NCBI GenBank assembly: GCA_004764695.1
Contig: SMSO01000025.1
Span: 2,666,001-2,730,000 of the forward strand
Source: Schizochytrium sp. TIO01
Lineage: Eukaryota; Protista; Bigyra: Labyrinthulomycetes
Length of the DNA: 64,000 nt
Direction: 5' to 3'
Shown: positions 33,034-43,892 of the stretch, piece after piece
How the letters are laid out: every line of letters begins with the position of its first letter
Numbering within the stretch: the first letter of the stretch is position 1
Notes under the pieces: model-generated
What the model was told of the DNA's origin: nothing
Seen by the model: the letters and a program-made list of their open reading frames with translations, nothing else
Database searches by the model: none
Made by a program: the position numbers and the translations under genes

Positions 33034-36000
33034 TTATTCAATACCATCATAGCATGATAGTCCAAGCCGATTCTCGATAGAATCATCTGCACCATGACCA
33101 ATAAGAAGCTCGCCCAATCCTGATTCTTGAGATACATCGTAGCTGAATGCAAAATGCATTGCAGTGTTTCCTTGGCTGTTTTGATGATTGACATTTGCGC
33201 CACGCCGTAAGAGGAGTTCTGCAATCCTCTTATTCAAGTTCTGACAGGCTATAATGAGAGAGGTATTTCCATGCGAATCTGTCTCATTTGGATCAAAACC
33301 CATGTCTAACGCCTTCTCCACACGGTTATAACGTCCGTTACGAATTTGTGAGAACACGGTGTCGACCTCAGGTACGTCTTCACTAGATGCCTCCATGGCG
33401 CCGCCTCCGCCCTGCCGACTTTCTGCGACTTTGTTTTCCCATTCAACAGACCGTTTTTGTCTTTCCTCTCGCTCATTGAGAGGCCTGAGTTTATTCCTAG
33501 CAAAGTCCAACTTTTGCACATGGAGTGCATGGCGCATGCCTAGAATGTCACGCATATCTTCCACACGAAGCTCCATGAGGAATTCACCGTCAATACAAGC
33601 CTCTGCAAATGCATTTTTGTAGTACCCCAGGGACAGCGTGTCAAGCCAACGTCCAACATCTTGAACTGTCCAAAGCCTGACGTCGTCTGGAAAGGGCTCC
33701 TTAAGAAGCTTTGCTGCATCCTCGACCTCCTTTTGTCTACGGATTTGAGCCTGCTTCTCCTTGAGCTTTGCTTGGGCTGCCCCTGAAGAACCCAACTGAA
33801 TATTACCAACACTATCAATATTTGCTGCTTGTGCAGCTGCAGCTGCAGCCGCAGCAGTGTCTGCTGAAGAAGATATTGCTTGTTGCGTAGTATCTGAATT
33901 AATATCACGAAGGTTCTTGAGCATATTGATAGAGCTAAAGTACGATAGGGACATACTCATGAACTGGAATTTCAATAGCTCTTCAGTGCTTGCAAACATT
34001 TGCTTGCTACGCTCCTCATTTTCTTTGGCTGCTGCAGCAGTTGCAGCTGCTGCAGCTGCAGAGGTTGCTGTCGCAGACTCCAACTCGATACCCTTCTCCC
34101 GCAAACTATCGAGTTCAGCCTTTTGTTCCTCCAAAAGCTCCATGAGATTACGCTGCAATCTTTGAAACTCTCTTTCTTTGCGTTTTCTTGTGCTTTCCAT
34201 GTCTTCGATACCATGCTCTAGTGCCCGTAGTTCAGATTTCTTTGCCTCGACTTCTTGAAAAACTGCTGCAAACTCCGCTTCGAGTTCCTTCTTTTTGCGT
34301 TCACGTTCTGCGCGCTTAATGTGAATCTGCATTTCTAGAGCATATGACTCTGCTGCCCGTTTGCGAGCATCCTCGTCCAGCCCAGGGTCATACGAACTAC
34401 CTTTTCGTGCTCTTGCTTCACGCTCTGCAATCTCAGCTCGTGCATCAAAAAGAGCCTTTTCATGCGTCAGTTGATGCAAAGTTTCGTCGAGGTGGTCAAC
34501 ATCTCGAAGCTCTTGCTCTAGGACAGCCAACTCTCTCTCAGATTCTTGTAAGCCAGCATGAACCTGACTTACGCGAGTCTCGGCGCGCTCCTGGGCTCGA
34601 TGCAGTGCATCAATTTCTTCTTGCTGTGCGGAAAACGCAGCCTTGGAGTCTTCAATTAAAGTCAAGCCCAACTCAAGACGTTCAGGACCGGGCTCCGCAT
34701 TCTCCCAAGTTCGCTTGCGCTGAGCGCGACGACGGCCACGGACTCCACGGTACACGCGTTGAATCTGGAGTGCAGCAAGATTGAGAATGCGGTGATGCAA
34801 GAACTCCTCTCGACCTCTCCACATTCTCCATACGCTCTGAATTTTGGTTGCAGAATGGCCTTCGCGAATAATTCGAGCGCGCTCTGCACGCACATGAGCC
34901 AAGATGCGTTTGGCCAGATACATTCGGCACATGCTCTGGATTTTTGTAGCGGCGCGCTCCTGCTTCAGCACACGTACACGACCCCGACCGAGCATGCCTC
35001 TACCCACGCGCTGGATTTCAACTACAGCACGGGCCTCTTCACGATCTCGCATGGCTACAGCTCGTAATTCCTCTGCTCTTTCCCGGCCCATGCGGCCGCG
35101 TTGTAAGGCCTGAATACGTATAGCGGCTTGATATTTATCGTCATTTGCCATGCGCTCCTGCTTCATACGAATTACCTCCATACGCGCAGTGCGACCACGG
35201 AAAAGACGTTGAATCTCCAAAGCGCCGATTTCTCGCAATTCTTTCTCTCGGATCTTACGCAAAGCTTCTTCCTTTTCAGCACGTGCATCTTCTTCTGCCT
35301 CCATCTCACGTTGAATTTGGTCATATGCTTCTTGATCCAAGAGGTCAACACGCTCAACCTTTGGCAAAGCGGCCTCGGCATCTGCAATAGCGGCATCAAT
35401 TTTGGCAGCTGCAGTCTGTTCTTCAAGAACAGGTTGTTGCATCGAGCTATCAGTAGTGCTTTCGTCCAAGACCTTGGTCTCTGCTTGAAGAGCATCATTT
35501 ACTTTATTTTCTTCTGTTGCTTTTACTGATGCAGGTTTTACGTGCATAATATCTTTCTTTGGTGACCCAAGATTGTCTCCTGTTGATTGTCTTTTCGACG
35601 AATCCTTTTGAATTTCCGGTGCTTCCCTTGAGGCTCCTCTATCTGTTTTTTCTTCCATCTTACTTCGTGGCTGCATTGAGTATGTATCAGCACCACTTGC
35701 CACTCGTACCTGTTCTGCACTCTTTTCTCGAGATAACTGTCGTCCAAGAAGTTGCCGCTCAAGCTCCTCAATTTTACGACGATCTTCCTCTTCCCATTTT
35801 CGTCGACGCTCCTCCTGCTCGCGTTTGAGATGTTCGATTTGCCTTTGCACTTGCAATTCTAAATCAGATTGCATTATTGCTATCGGCGAGCAAAGGTCTG
35901 GATCACGTGGTTCTTGAACTTTCTGTATCACCACCTCCATGTCCATCCCACCATGCACGAGCTTGTTACGAATAGCCTGCTCTTTGGCCAACTGCTTTTC

Positions 36001-39000
36001 AAGGTTATCTGAAAGTTCTCGTGCGCGTGCACGCTCTGCTTCGACCTCAGCAAGCATTTCACGTTCTTTATCTTCTAGAAGCTGGCGCATGTTTTCTTCA
36101 TGTTGACGCCGGCGCTCATCAAGTTCCATTTCAAGATCATTTCGCGCTTCTTCGTCTCTGCGAGCAATCTCAAATTCTGCTAATTCTCGTTCTTGTCGCA
36201 ATCTCTCTTCTTCTTGGCGTGAAAGCTCCTCAAGCTCTGCTAGACGCACCCGGCGCGCCTCTTCAGCAAGGCGTTTGGTCTCGCGATGCCTACGCATGGC
36301 TTCCTCAAATTCAAGCTGAGCAACATCTGCGTCCTTTGACTGTTGCCTTGCTTGAGGACTTGTAACATTGTTGCTGACATGCTGAGGAATATCTTTGTCC
36401 ACTGACGTTGTTAGATCCTTTCGATGCCGTTTCTTTTTGCCTCTTTCAGTAAGATGAGATTCTATTTTGGATTCTTCATCTTCGTCACGACAAGTGCCAT
36501 CTTCCATAGGTCTACCACGGCGATGATGACTTTGCTGGTTCTGCTCTTGACGATACTTCTTAGACTGAGCCTGGCGTTTCAAAGAAGTTGTCTTGCTTAT
36601 CTCCTCGGCGCGCTTTGAAGCATGCAGCCCAGCTGCAAAGTTTTGCCCACCACTTTCCGCTGACAATGTAGCACTTGAAGACAATAGATTGTCCAAGAGG
36701 TCCAAGATATGTGCTTTCGATTCCTGACGTACCTCATGACCTGACTTTAGCCAAACAACAAATGCGCCATCGGGACGTTTCAAAGCTGTCTTCATTTGGT
36801 CGACTGCCTTGGGTCCTACCTTTCCAGAGTCCAGGAATTGGTGCGACCACAAATGAAATACTGTGCGACCATCGATGAAGGGATCAACATTCGTAGGGTT
36901 CACTAAAGCATTCTCTGTACTTTGTACTACAAGCAAGGGAATTTCAAGCTTTCGAAGATGCTGTCGAATGTCCTTGTGACGTAAAATTCCTTGACATAGA
37001 TGCGAGCGACCTTGTAGAGTAATGGGGTTGCCTACTGCGGTGTATATATTGAGAACCAATGCAGGATCTACACGCTGCAAATAATCATCCGAAAACAGAA
37101 ACCTAGAAAAATAAGAAATAGGCAAATCAGGCCGCATTGGTGGAAAGCTGTCGAAAATATTCACAGAGCTATGCAAAATTGCGGCTAACTGTTCATCGAT
37201 ATGAGCAAAGCCATTAACACTAACTAAGCCTCGAAGACACTTGCCATATTCAGGAAGACCGCCAAATTCGCTTGCAAAGTAGGCTGCAATATTCGCACCA
37301 TTGCCCAAACCAAGTAAGTAAAATGGGCGAAACGAGCAGCAAAAGTCACCCTTGTGCTCCAAGTCTGATAATAACTCATGCAAAGTAGCAGCGATGAACT
37401 CATTATTCAGAACGCCAGCTGTCTCTGCTGGAAACCGTGTGTATGCTTGCCCAGGATAGTTGAACACGAGGGCCTGAGATCCATAATATTTTCTCATGAG
37501 AGGCTCTAAGAAAATTTGCAGTGACTCACAGGTATCAAACATATCTTGAACCACGACAAGGTTTGGTGTTGAGCTTTCCAGTCCTCCAGTGCCTACAATA
37601 TCATAAGATAGAGTTGTCTTGCCATCTGAACATACAAAGGTTTTGGAAGACACTGTTTTTGCGCTTGATTCGAGGTCGAGATCTGATTGAGCATTAAACA
37701 GCTCTTGTCCTTGCCCGCCAGCATGCAGACGCTGCATTTGCTTCTCTTGTACTTTGCGGCGTGCACGAAGTTCCATTTTGCTCATTTTAGAGGATGCATT
37801 AGCGTCAGGTATTTGATCAAGTTTTTTTCGAAGGGCGTCTAAAGTCTCTTTATCGAATACTGTCTCCACATATGGAATTTGAGGAGTAGATTGAGCGAGT
37901 TTATTTCTCAGCATACTGTCATCTGATGTATGACGGTTGAAGCCAATGGCAGTTCCTGACATTGACTTATGTTGTACATAGCTCAAACCAGTAGGGGACA
38001 TGATTGGATCAGATGTCGAACCTTGCACAGATGAATGATTAAGGCGTGACAGCGAGAGAGCCAACGTTGGCCGTGTACTGTTCTCCTCGGCTGCTGCAAC
38101 AGCTGGGTCCTCACGTGTTGATTTTGAGTAGCTTGTGCGAGGACGGGTTCCTTTTCGCTGGCGTTTCCGTTGCTGTTCTAGCTTGTCATGCAAAGGCGCA
38201 ACATCTGCATCAGCACGTGCAATAGATTTTAAGTCTTCTTGAAGTTGCATAGTATTACGTAAGTAAGCTGGCAACTCAACAATGCATGACTCCTGGCCCT
38301 CTTTGGCAACCTTTTCAGGAGTTTGAGAATTACCTGCATTGGTGCCCGTATCATTTTGTCGTTGTTGCTCAGCTTCAATACGTTGCTTTTCCACATTTTC
38401 AGCAAGTGATCGGGTATGAGCATCAGCGGGGAGAAAAAGCAATGGATCACCCCTAGGATGCGCAGTGCCTGCTTTATACTTATGTGCCATGATTGCACCC
38501 AAGACAAATTCACAGAGAATTGCAGCTGCTTTGTTAATGTTCAAGAGACTTGATGGGCGAAAGAAGGGATCTTTAAGAAAACTTTCTAAGTCTGCGATGC
38601 GTTGCGGAGGTATACAATCCATGTCAAAGTCTCGCATCATAGAAGTAATCCGCTCTCCGTTAGCCATAATTGATTTTGTAGCATCCCAGGAAGTAGATTT
38701 TCCTGTAAGAAGTAACATCAGGGCATGAGCAACCTGGATCACTCCAAGAGGAGGCTTCTGAAAAGATCTTAATTCTGCCAAGCTAGCCTTTGTTAGAGCT
38801 TGTATTGCCTGTTCTGCTCGCTGTAATGCAAGCTGGCGCAGTTCTGAGAACGAGCTATCCATAAGCTTTTTACCTTCTGGAGTGAACGGGTTCACACGAC
38901 GATCGATGTAAATAGGTCCCACTTCGTGCCGATTTTTCTCTGCCGCTTTCGCTTCTTCTTTCAGGACTTGTTTTTCAAGTTGGCGTTCTGCTAACCTGGC

Positions 39001-40800
39001 TTGAACTTCCGCATGTTTGGGATCTAGTTTGTCAATAGCACGGTTCCGAGCGTGTTCAACAGTAGAATAAATTTTAAAACAGTTTGGGCACACCCGTACT
39101 TCTTTGTAATAGTGATTAGGGAAAGTGTATCCAAGACGACTCGACTCCAAGTCGGCGACTGACTGCACATAGTCTCCCTTTTCACCCTTTTCAAGCCTTC
39201 GGATCAGTAACTCAACTAGTTTCCGTTCATTTCGTGTTTGAACGATACTTCGGAACGTAACCGGATGTACCCTAGCTCCCCTTACGGTAGTGTTCGTACC
39301 TGGGGCTTCTTCCCCATCAACAAGAATTCCAGCGGAAGGGTCCTCAAGTAACATGCGACGTTGCAACATAGACTGTTCATTTGCATCCAGCTCGCCAAAA
39401 CCAATTTTAAATTCTACATCGCAAAAGTCGCCTGGGCATAATAGCGTTTGGCTTGAGTCAAGAGCTTTTCCATGGCTTGCCTCAAGCGTATTTCCTATGG
39501 TTTTGGCAAAATCTTGGCGATCAAAGCCCGCCATGCCTCTAAAGTATGAAGACTTTTCCCTTTTTAGATCCTCTCGATTAGCTTGTTCATTTTGCATCGC
39601 ACTTTCGATCTCCTGATCTTCCTCTATACCTGGCGATGCTTGAGATGCAAATTGCTGGGTAGCCTTTTGTGTGAATTTGTCTTTCACGGCTTCGCTGCGA
39701 CGAACCTCACGGCTGGTCATGTAAACTTTACGTTTTCCTGTTCGCAAAAGTGCCATATCTGCAATGTCAGTGAGTCCTGCAGACCCATCCAGACCAAGAT
39801 CCCTTAGAACTACTTTTTCTTCATTGGCGGATGCTTCCGTGTTTTTCAGTTCCGCTTCCTGTGCAAGGAGCTTTCTTTGCTCAAAATTAGAGGGGGGCTT
39901 AAAGTCAGTCGGAGTAGGTTCAAACACACCCCCAGCGCCACTGCCAGGTCTACTGCCTCCAGTTTCTTCTGTCACAGACATGTTTCGAATGCCAATAAGC
40001 CATAATCGATCATTTACATCCAGGAGAAACTCCGAGGAAACTGAGATTACGCGATACCTCGAGGTAGACTCTAGTGCACGAACAACTGCCCGAGATGCTG
40101 CATCCATTTGTCCATTGATGGCTCCGTTTCGGGAGCGAATCGCTTCACGTTGTGGTTTCCCATTGGCACCTAACGCAATCGGTGCGCCTAATCTGAAGGA
40201 GTGCATACAAGGTCTACCGTCGGGTTGAAGTAGAAAATCATGTCGAAAGTTAACAACCTCTAGATCTCCCCCCCCCTTGGTTGCCTCATGGTCATCTTGC
40301 AACAATCCTTCAAAATGAGTGTTTGTTTCTAAGACAGATGCTTTGGGTGTAATATATAGTTGTAAGCTGACAATTCTATCCGTCGTACGAGGTGTCTGAA
40401 GGTCTTCCACACTTAACACCCGGCGACTGCCATCTCGATAAAGCGCGACTGCAACATGCTGTGGTGCATTGTGACCTGCCCCAGAGCGGAACCGCTTGCG
40501 AATAACATCCATGACACATAAGTTACTTGGCCTGAGTGCAAGTGTGCCATCTAGAGTCTCAAAAGCCCACGATGTAGGTACATCATTCTCGAAAAGCACA
40601 GTTTCTGGTAAAGGTATACCTGACAATACACGTCCATTTTCTATCGCAGAGGTCCCATGTCGACGTAAAGTTCTGCAAAGGGTTTCAAGAAACCATCGCC
40701 AGTCTTTATCCTCTCGTGCTCCTTGTAAAGTTGCTACAGGTTCGACGTCTCGGACAATGTGTCTGGTGATGCCTGCGGAATCAATAGCTCCAATGTCCAT
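33034..40800 (-). CDS. 2588-aa multidomain protein: ATP-grasp-like N-terminus, dynein microtubule-binding domain, alpha/beta-hydrolase fold, 6 IQ motifs, coiled coils, SAM, ankyrin repeats
   Basis: MTBD-like ALTKASLAELRSFQKPP.GV..V..A...LL.....SW...K...F.P..L...NKAAAILCEFV.G (~38480-38830). Hydrolase-fold motifs VFNYPGQ, LLGLGNGANIA, IPLLVVQSTENALV, SGHEV (~36680-37640). Six IQxxxRG/M motifs (~34720-35230). SAM WTVQDVGRWL..L.L..Y...F....IDGEFL (~33490-33690). Ankyrin GNTSLIIAC...GANVNHQNSQGNTAMHFA. Confidence 0.92.
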   Translation of the reverse strand: MDIGAIDSAGITRHIVRDVEPVATLQGAREDKDWRWFLETLCRTLRRHGTSAIENGRVLSGIPLPETVLFENDVPTSWAFETLDGTLALRPSNLCVMDVIRKRFRSGAGHNAPQHVAVALYRDGSRRVLSVEDLQTPRTTDRIVSLQLYITPKASVLETNTHFEGLLQDDHEATKGGGDLEVVNFRHDFLLQPDGRPCMHSFRLGAPIALGANGKPQREAIRSRNGAINGQMDAASRAVVRALESTSRYRVISVSSEFLLDVNDRLWLIGIRNMSVTEETGGSRPGSGAGGVFEPTPTDFKPPSNFEQRKLLAQEAELKNTEASANEEKVVLRDLGLDGSAGLTDIADMALLRTGKRKVYMTSREVRRSEAVKDKFTQKATQQFASQASPGIEEDQEIESAMQNEQANREDLKREKSSYFRGMAGFDRQDFAKTIGNTLEASHGKALDSSQTLLCPGDFCDVEFKIGFGELDANEQSMLQRRMLLEDPSAGILVDGEEAPGTNTTVRGARVHPVTFRSIVQTRNERKLVELLIRRLEKGEKGDYVQSVADLESSRLGYTFPNHYYKEVRVCPNCFKIYSTVEHARNRAIDKLDPKHAEVQARLAERQLEKQVLKEEAKAAEKNRHEVGPIYIDRRVNPFTPEGKKLMDSSFSELRQLALQRAEQAIQALTKASLAELRSFQKPPLGVIQVAHALMLLLTGKSTSWDATKSIMANGERITSMMRDFDMDCIPPQRIADLESFLKDPFFRPSSLLNINKAAAILCEFVLGAIMAHKYKAGTAHPRGDPLLFLPADAHTRSLAENVEKQRIEAEQQRQNDTGTNAGNSQTPEKVAKEGQESCIVELPAYLRNTMQLQEDLKSIARADADVAPLHDKLEQQRKRQRKGTRPRTSYSKSTREDPAVAAAEENSTRPTLALSLSRLNHSSVQGSTSDPIMSPTGLSYVQHKSMSGTAIGFNRHTSDDSMLRNKLAQSTPQIPYVETVFDKETLDALRKKLDQIPDANASSKMSKMELRARRKVQEKQMQRLHAGGQGQELFNAQSDLDLESSAKTVSSKTFVCSDGKTTLSYDIVGTGGLESSTPNLVVVQDMFDTCESLQIFLEPLMRKYYGSQALVFNYPGQAYTRFPAETAGVLNNEFIAATLHELLSDLEHKGDFCCSFRPFYLLGLGNGANIAAYFASEFGGLPEYGKCLRGLVSVNGFAHIDEQLAAILHSSVNIFDSFPPMRPDLPISYFSRFLFSDDYLQRVDPALVLNIYTAVGNPITLQGRSHLCQGILRHKDIRQHLRKLEIPLLVVQSTENALVNPTNVDPFIDGRTVFHLWSHQFLDSGKVGPKAVDQMKTALKRPDGAFVVWLKSGHEVRQESKAHILDLLDNLLSSSATLSAESGGQNFAAGLHASKRAEEISKTTSLKRQAQSKKYRQEQNQQSHHRRGRPMEDGTCRDEDEESKIESHLTERGKKKRHRKDLTTSVDKDIPQHVSNNVTSPQARQQSKDADVAQLEFEEAMRRHRETKRLAEEARRVRLAELEELSRQEEERLRQERELAEFEIARRDEEARNDLEMELDERRRQHEENMRQLLEDKEREMLAEVEAERARARELSDNLEKQLAKEQAIRNKLVHGGMDMEVVIQKVQEPRDPDLCSPIAIMQSDLELQVQRQIEHLKREQEERRRKWEEEDRRKIEELERQLLGRQLSREKSAEQVRVASGADTYSMQPRSKMEEKTDRGASREAPEIQKDSSKRQSTGDNLGSPKKDIMHVKPASVKATEENKVNDALQAETKVLDESTTDSSMQQPVLEEQTAAAKIDAAIADAEAALPKVERVDLLDQEAYDQIQREMEAEEDARAEKEEALRKIREKELREIGALEIQRLFRGRTARMEVIRMKQERMANDDKYQAAIRIQALQRGRMGRERAEELRAVAMRDREEARAVVEIQRVGRGMLGRGRVRVLKQERAATKIQSMCRMYLAKRILAHVRAERARIIREGHSATKIQSVWRMWRGREEFLHHRILNLAALQIQRVYRGVRGRRRAQRKRTWENAEPGPERLELGLTLIEDSKAAFSAQQEEIDALHRAQERAETRVSQVHAGLQESERELAVLEQELRDVDHLDETLHQLTHEKALFDARAEIAEREARARKGSSYDPGLDEDARKRAAESYALEMQIHIKRAERERKKKELEAEFAAVFQEVEAKKSELRALEHGIEDMESTRKRKEREFQRLQRNLMELLEEQKAELDSLREKGIELESATATSAAAAAATAAAAKENEERSKQMFASTEELLKFQFMSMSLSYFSSINMLKNLRDINSDTTQQAISSSADTAAAAAAAAQAANIDSVGNIQLGSSGAAQAKLKEKQAQIRRQKEVEDAAKLLKEPFPDDVRLWTVQDVGRWLDTLSLGYYKNAFAEACIDGEFLMELRVEDMRDILGMRHALHVQKLDFARNKLRPLNEREERQKRSVEWENKVAESRQGGGGAMEASSEDVPEVDTVFSQIRNGRYNRVEKALDMGFDPNETDSHGNTSLIIACQNLNKRIAELLLRRGANVNHQNSQGNTAMHFAFSYDVSQESGLGELLIGHGADDSIENRLGLSCYDGIE

Positions 40801-42446
40801 GGTGCTCTTTAATCAAATTTGCGCCGCACTGAAGCGGCAGCTGATGTCCTTCGGCCCAGAAAAAGAAAGAACTTAGAATCTTGCTCAGGGTATAATCTAA
40901 AATGTATTGGGCAAAAAGGTTTTTGCAAATCTACCGCTGATGCTTGTTGAGAAAGCGGAAGCACGTTGCTTGCTCAAGAAAAGGCTGCAGAACACAACAA
41001 GCACAAACTAAATATGATTCGAATTATTTGTGATGGTCTTCCTCCACATGATCAGCTCAAAACCTTGCTGAATGACCTCGCGCGCCCTAGCTCGTCAACG
41101 GCGAGCTACAGGGCCGCAGGCTTTGTTACCAGACCCTGCGACCGCTATTTGTACAAAAATGAGTTAATCGTTCAATACTTCCTCTTCCTCTTCTTCTTCT
41201 TCTTTCTTGATCAGGCAAGCAAAGAGCCACAATTAAAAAATACAAAGGATGAGCTTAGAGATAAATTATTATGCTAACCCAACATGCACTTTGCTCATTA
41301 CTAATCCTACATGAATGCGCTTTATTGAGTAAAAATTGAGAACATCAATGTGGCCTCGTGTCTCCCTTGTACGTTCCTTGCACACCGTTACCAACATCTT
41401 CTGAATATAATGTTATTAAAACAATCAAAAATTTACTCTATGCATTTGCGTGCCCTCTATATTTAAACCTTTCGCATACAAGAGCGGAACAGCATTTCAT
41501 CTTGCCTTCGAACGCTTGGTTCGTAACGGATACTTTATCAGTCGCTCGCGCGCGAGAGGCCTTTCACCCCAATAGATAATGGCTAGTAGTGCGTATCATA
41601 TAAGACTTGTCCTATCAGTAATATCACAGAACAACTAATATTGTGTTGTTTGGTTTTATGAAATATGGTTTCGTCCATCAACAGCGTGCTGGCGTAAAAG
41701 AAATACACTCTTTTCACCGTGATCGTGAAAGCGAAGCGGCTCTTGTGATCGATGATAGCTAGAGAATCCATTGGTAAACTATAAACCACTATGCAAAGTA
41801 CCTGGAGTCAACTTTATGCTACCGGTGCTACCCACTAGCTTGTTTTCTCAAGTGGTGGCTTGCAATTAGGCTAATTATTTATTATTTGTTTGTCAGGCAT
41901 ATGTATGTCTTTTTATGTTGTGGAACGTCTTGGGAACTAGTATTAGCTACCTAGCCACCTAAACATATCCTGCGGGAGTTAAAAAAATGTGATTCTCGAG
42001 TTAAGTTCAAGTTAGGATCATCAAACCAAAGCAAAACTGGCGACCTTTGTGTCGAGAGTGAGGGTTTCACAGCTTGAACTGGGTACTACATATGAGTATT
42101 TCTTACATCATCGCAAGATGGCACTACTACATATACTTATTCATTTTTCGAGGCTTATGAAAGCTCAGAGTGGTTGGTATGAGTAGAATTCCTCGTTTGC
42201 CATCCTACGTACTACCTGTCATGTCAGATGATGATCGCACAGCCCTTTCACTGTAGTCAGTCAGCTGTAGAATACCTTCACTCGGGTTCTTGGCGTTTCA
42301 GATGTTATATGAAGTTCTGCGAAGGAGTTTTTCTTGTCCGTCGTGAGTCCTATTGCACGGTCCTCCTTCCATTTCATTATCCTCTTCCTCATAAGTACAA
42401 AGCGTTTTTGATGATCGTCGCATTCATATTTCTAGGCCTACTAAAA

Positions 42447-42498
42447 CTTATTTATTTTGATGATTTATTTTGATGATTTATTTTGATGATTTATTTTG
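42447..42498. repeat. 13-bp tandem repeat (TTTATTTTGATGA) x ~3.5
   Basis: Read directly; it ends in a TTTTGTAG acceptor-like site. Confidence 0.85.
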
Positions 42499-42812
42499 TA
42501 GGAGGTACCTTATCATCTATAGTTCGATGTGTGAAGAATTGTTTCCGTAGACATCATCATCGTCATCATTGCGCACATGCTCGCAATCAGTTTGGCATCA
42601 CACGACAAGTGGCGCGGTCTGCCTCGGCGCCTAGCTCTCTTCAAGTTGTCACAGCTCCAAATTCGTTCAAGGTTGGATGGAGCACTCGACTGCAGTAGTC
42701 CAAGATGTCGAATACACATCCAACTTACATGCACAAGTGCTTGCCAATGATAAGGCACTCAACTGAGTGGAAGCATCCTGCGTGCTTACATGAAAGGGAG
42801 GTGTGTCTTATG

Positions 42813-42813
<1 letters not shown>

Positions 42814-42904
<91 letters not shown>
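42814..42904. repeat. (GATT)~22 microsatellite
   Basis: Perfect run read directly. Confidence 0.97.
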
Positions 42905-43838
42905 GCAGGTAAGTTTATGTTGGCCAGTCATCGATCAAAATGGCGGCTTCCTCACAACAACTAAACTTGGAACGAGGTCAATTCGAGTACACAATAAGAA
43001 ACTTTATGTATGTATACATCCAATATAGGCCTATATATGTATTACCCTTTTTTTTTTTTTACTTTTTTTTTTAAATAAAAAATGATCAAGTTAAGTTAAG
43101 TTGCAAAATAAAATAATATTAAATAAAATAAAGCAGCAAATAATATATTGAATATTAAGAAGGCAAAGCAAAACTTTGCCTTTGTAACTTGTAAATGGGG
43201 CAGCAAATGACGCTATTGTCGCCAATGAAGGATTGGTTCTCTATCGGCAAACTTTGATGGGTGCTATGCTAGATACAATATTGGTGAACTTGAAGGTCGG
43301 CTTGCCTGTCAAAAAGAAGAGCTTTTCTTGTCGTGGCTCATCTTAGTTAACAATCATGGGGATATATCGTCGTCTGGATCCCAGGAACTAGGCATTTGAG
43401 ATCTGACTCGTGCCGTGATTGCTGACTTTCGTTCTCTTGAGAGAGCTTGCTCATGACCAGGCCGTGCGTGCTCTGTAGCAATTTGTGCGCGGGAATTCGA
43501 GTTTGTACTCAAGCTCAAGTGCAGACGAAATATAAAGCTAATCATCTCTTCGCTTTTGTTGCTGGCTTGCCTGCCTTCTTGTCCTTGTCAATGAAACTAC
43601 GCAAGCGACTTTAATTAGTTAATCAAAATCACAAATTGCAAGACCTACTCCACGATTCAGGACTCATGGTTCGCATTTATTGATTTGTGCGAATCGTTAA
43701 GTTCAACTTGAGCGCAATTGGAGACCCGAAGTTATTCATCCATGGGTTCGAGTTAGTTATTTTCGAGATACTCACGATGAAGGCTCTTGCATAATCATTA
43801 TTTCACAGACAGAATTATGATTGATTATTAAATTAAAT

Positions 43839-43842
<4 letters not shown>

Positions 43843-43888
<46 letters not shown>
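43843..43888. repeat. Poly(A) tract, 46 nt
   Basis: Homopolymer read directly. Confidence 0.95.

Positions 43889-43892
<4 letters not shown>

Noticed and set aside
43843-43888. 46-nt poly(A) as a retroposon tail
   Set aside because: No convincing target-site duplication, upstream ORF or SINE-like head; homopolymers are frequent in this window.
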